Assembly (NCBI GenBank): GCA_036172245.1
Contig: JAYWIR010000076.1
Location: 186,001-250,000 of the forward strand
Reading direction: 5' to 3'
DNA length: 64,000 nt
DNA from: Raillietiella orientalis
Lineage: Eukaryota
Below, piece by piece: positions 62,701-64,000 of the stretch; position 1 is the stretch's first letter, and each line of letters starts with the position of its first letter. The position numbers were made by a program, and so were the translations under genes. The notes beneath the pieces are model-generated. The model had not been told where the DNA came from. It saw only the letters and a program-made list of their open reading frames with translations, and searched no databases.

Positions 62701-63095
62701 CCTCGAGAACGCCGATCCGGACGAGCTCATCATTGAGCTCACGACCGATTCTCCCGTTAAGGGGTCAACTGACCTTATAACGGAGTGCAGGCATGTATCC
62801 TGATGACACATATGCCTGGAACTCCGAATCGCAGGGTTCTGGTTTTTGGGAGGTAACCGCGGCGTAACTCCTCACCGGGGGCGAGGAAACCATTACGGAG
62901 GATGCGGCCGCTTCAAGTGCAGCTGAAGTGCATCCAGTGGCTTGCTCCTCCACACTATCCTGTGTACTGGCCATGTTGCACCATGCTACTTGGCAGATTG
63001 CACAGGAATACACAAGTGCTAGCAAAAACGCAGGCACAAAGTTGCCCGATCGTTGGCGCGGATAGACGCGGAAACACGTCTGCACTGTACGTGCG
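56768..63095 (-). mobile_element. Element D2: 3' end (56768-57251) and 5' end (61731-63095); interior replaced by X
   Basis: CAGGAGAT at 56760-56767 and 63096-63103; both ends closely match D1. Confidence 0.9.
57252..61730 (+). mobile_element. Divergent L1/Tx1-type element X: partial ORF1 and ORF2 at 58076-61588, disrupted
   Basis: CFFCKKHGHAKWSC; ASWNVNS, LQETH, AGDLN; QWRPISILNSDAK, GVRQGDSL, AYAHDL; CTACGDIDTRLHVLTC; AATAAA + CCCC..GGGG end. Confidence 0.9.
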
Positions 63096-63407
63096 CAGGA
63101 GATGGAGACGATCGCGGGTGGTCGGTTGTATTGGCGATGCGGCCTCCGCAACACCTGCGGGGTCGCGTTCTTCGTGAAGCCAGCGATAGACGCTGCCGTG
63201 AAGGGCGTGCGCTTCGATGACGACGGTCGGATCGGTCAGCTGATTCTCAGCTGGTCCGACTCGATCGACCTAATCGTCACAAACGTGTATGGCCATAGCG
63301 GCAAACAGGGGTACCGCGACCGCACCAGGCTGCTGGAAACCCTGAAACGCGACTGGCTGGCGGATACCAAAGTGCGAAAGGCTCACCTGATAGCGGAGAT
63401 TTCAATC

Positions 63408-64000
63408 GAGTGCGGACGTGTTTTTCTTCGCTCTCGTCTCCGTGCTTTCATCCGCTTCATCTTGGCGTCGTACATTTTGACGACGATGTCGACCCAACTT
63501 GAAGCTACTGAAGTTGGAGGAACAGCATCCGGATCTGCAATCGCGGAACCGACGGCCGCCTCCACTTCGTGTTGCTCGCCAATGGCGAGAAGTTTTGTTG
63601 ACGTTGCTGCCGCGGCAGCCCTCAAAGGGGTACCACCCAACAAGACGGAGGTGCAGGCCTACGTAGCCCAGGGCTACAATCCTGCACTCCGCAACCAGGT
63701 CAGTGGATTTGTTTCTGTTCGCGACGGTAATTAGTTGAACGATGAACTGACCCGTGTCGGCGTGCGGGAGGAAGACCTACTGGCCATTATGCCCGTCAAA
63801 AGTTTGGGATATTTCAAAGTGCGCTGCTAAGACGCGGCTGTTGTGCAACGCTTGCTGCGCACTCCTTTGTCCATCCGTGGTAAGAAGGTCTTCCCGTCTA
63901 TCATGGATGAGTCGTTCATGAGGGTGCTTTACGGCATCTAACCGGAAGCTTCCGACCGCGAATTGAGGACTGCATTAGCGAAATTCGCCACGGTCCATGC
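63408..64000 (+). mobile_element. 5' end/ORF1 of a D/F-type element (F2), runs off the window
   Basis: GCGGACGTGTTT at 63412; EVQAYVAQGYNPALRNQVSG is D-like; begins right after the host GA(T)TTCAAT (DFN). Confidence 0.8.

Larger units (their letters stand above)
54748..63407 (+). mobile_element. Element E3: ORF1 from ~54840, endonuclease split by D2 (resumes 63096) and cut again by F2
   Basis: GCGGACGTGTTT at 54751; LLQEIHVITAADAQE|METIAGGRLYWRC continuity across D2. Confidence 0.85.

Noticed and set aside
1..64000. Prokaryotic RT systems (retron, DGR, group II intron, CRISPR), LTRs, tRNA/snRNA/rRNA targets
   Set aside because: Every RT is in APE-RT non-LTR architecture. I saw no repeat-spacer array, LTR pair, integrase or recognisable RNA gene at any junction.

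Overview
Eukaryotic DNA, probably arthropod given a degenerate (TTAGG)n tract at ~35.4-35.6 kb. Most of the window is two dense nests (3.7-32.1 kb and 35.6-64 kb) of GC-rich L1/Tx1-type non-LTR retrotransposons. ORF1 carries CCHC zinc knuckles; ORF2 carries an APE endonuclease (WNVNG/LQE/GDFN/SDH), reverse transcriptase (QGDxLSP/YADD) and a C-terminal Cys/His motif. I label the families A-H, J and X (my labels). All ORF2s are disrupted; D1 has an intact ORF1. Reading the junctions shows the nests are not random. Elements sit inside the coding sequence of related elements, mostly antisense and several with target-site duplications (TSDs). The same protein-motif positions are hit repeatedly: family D at the endonuclease E-I/M codons (GGAGAT) of two different host families, family F at the catalytic GDFN, and E and G at GFG. 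One minus-strand element (H) can be rebuilt across 26.7 kb. The families share a 5' GCGGACGTGTTT motif, a TRATG stop-start ORF1/ORF2 junction, a CCTGCGTGYCGG 3'UTR motif and a terminal AATAAA + CCCGG-N5-CCGGG hairpin. Between the nests lies an intact ORF with a barrier-to-autointegration factor (BAF)-like pattern. At the left end is an inverted pair of Zn-finger/RVxF ORFs. Boundaries without a TSD are approximate, and all homology calls were made by eye.
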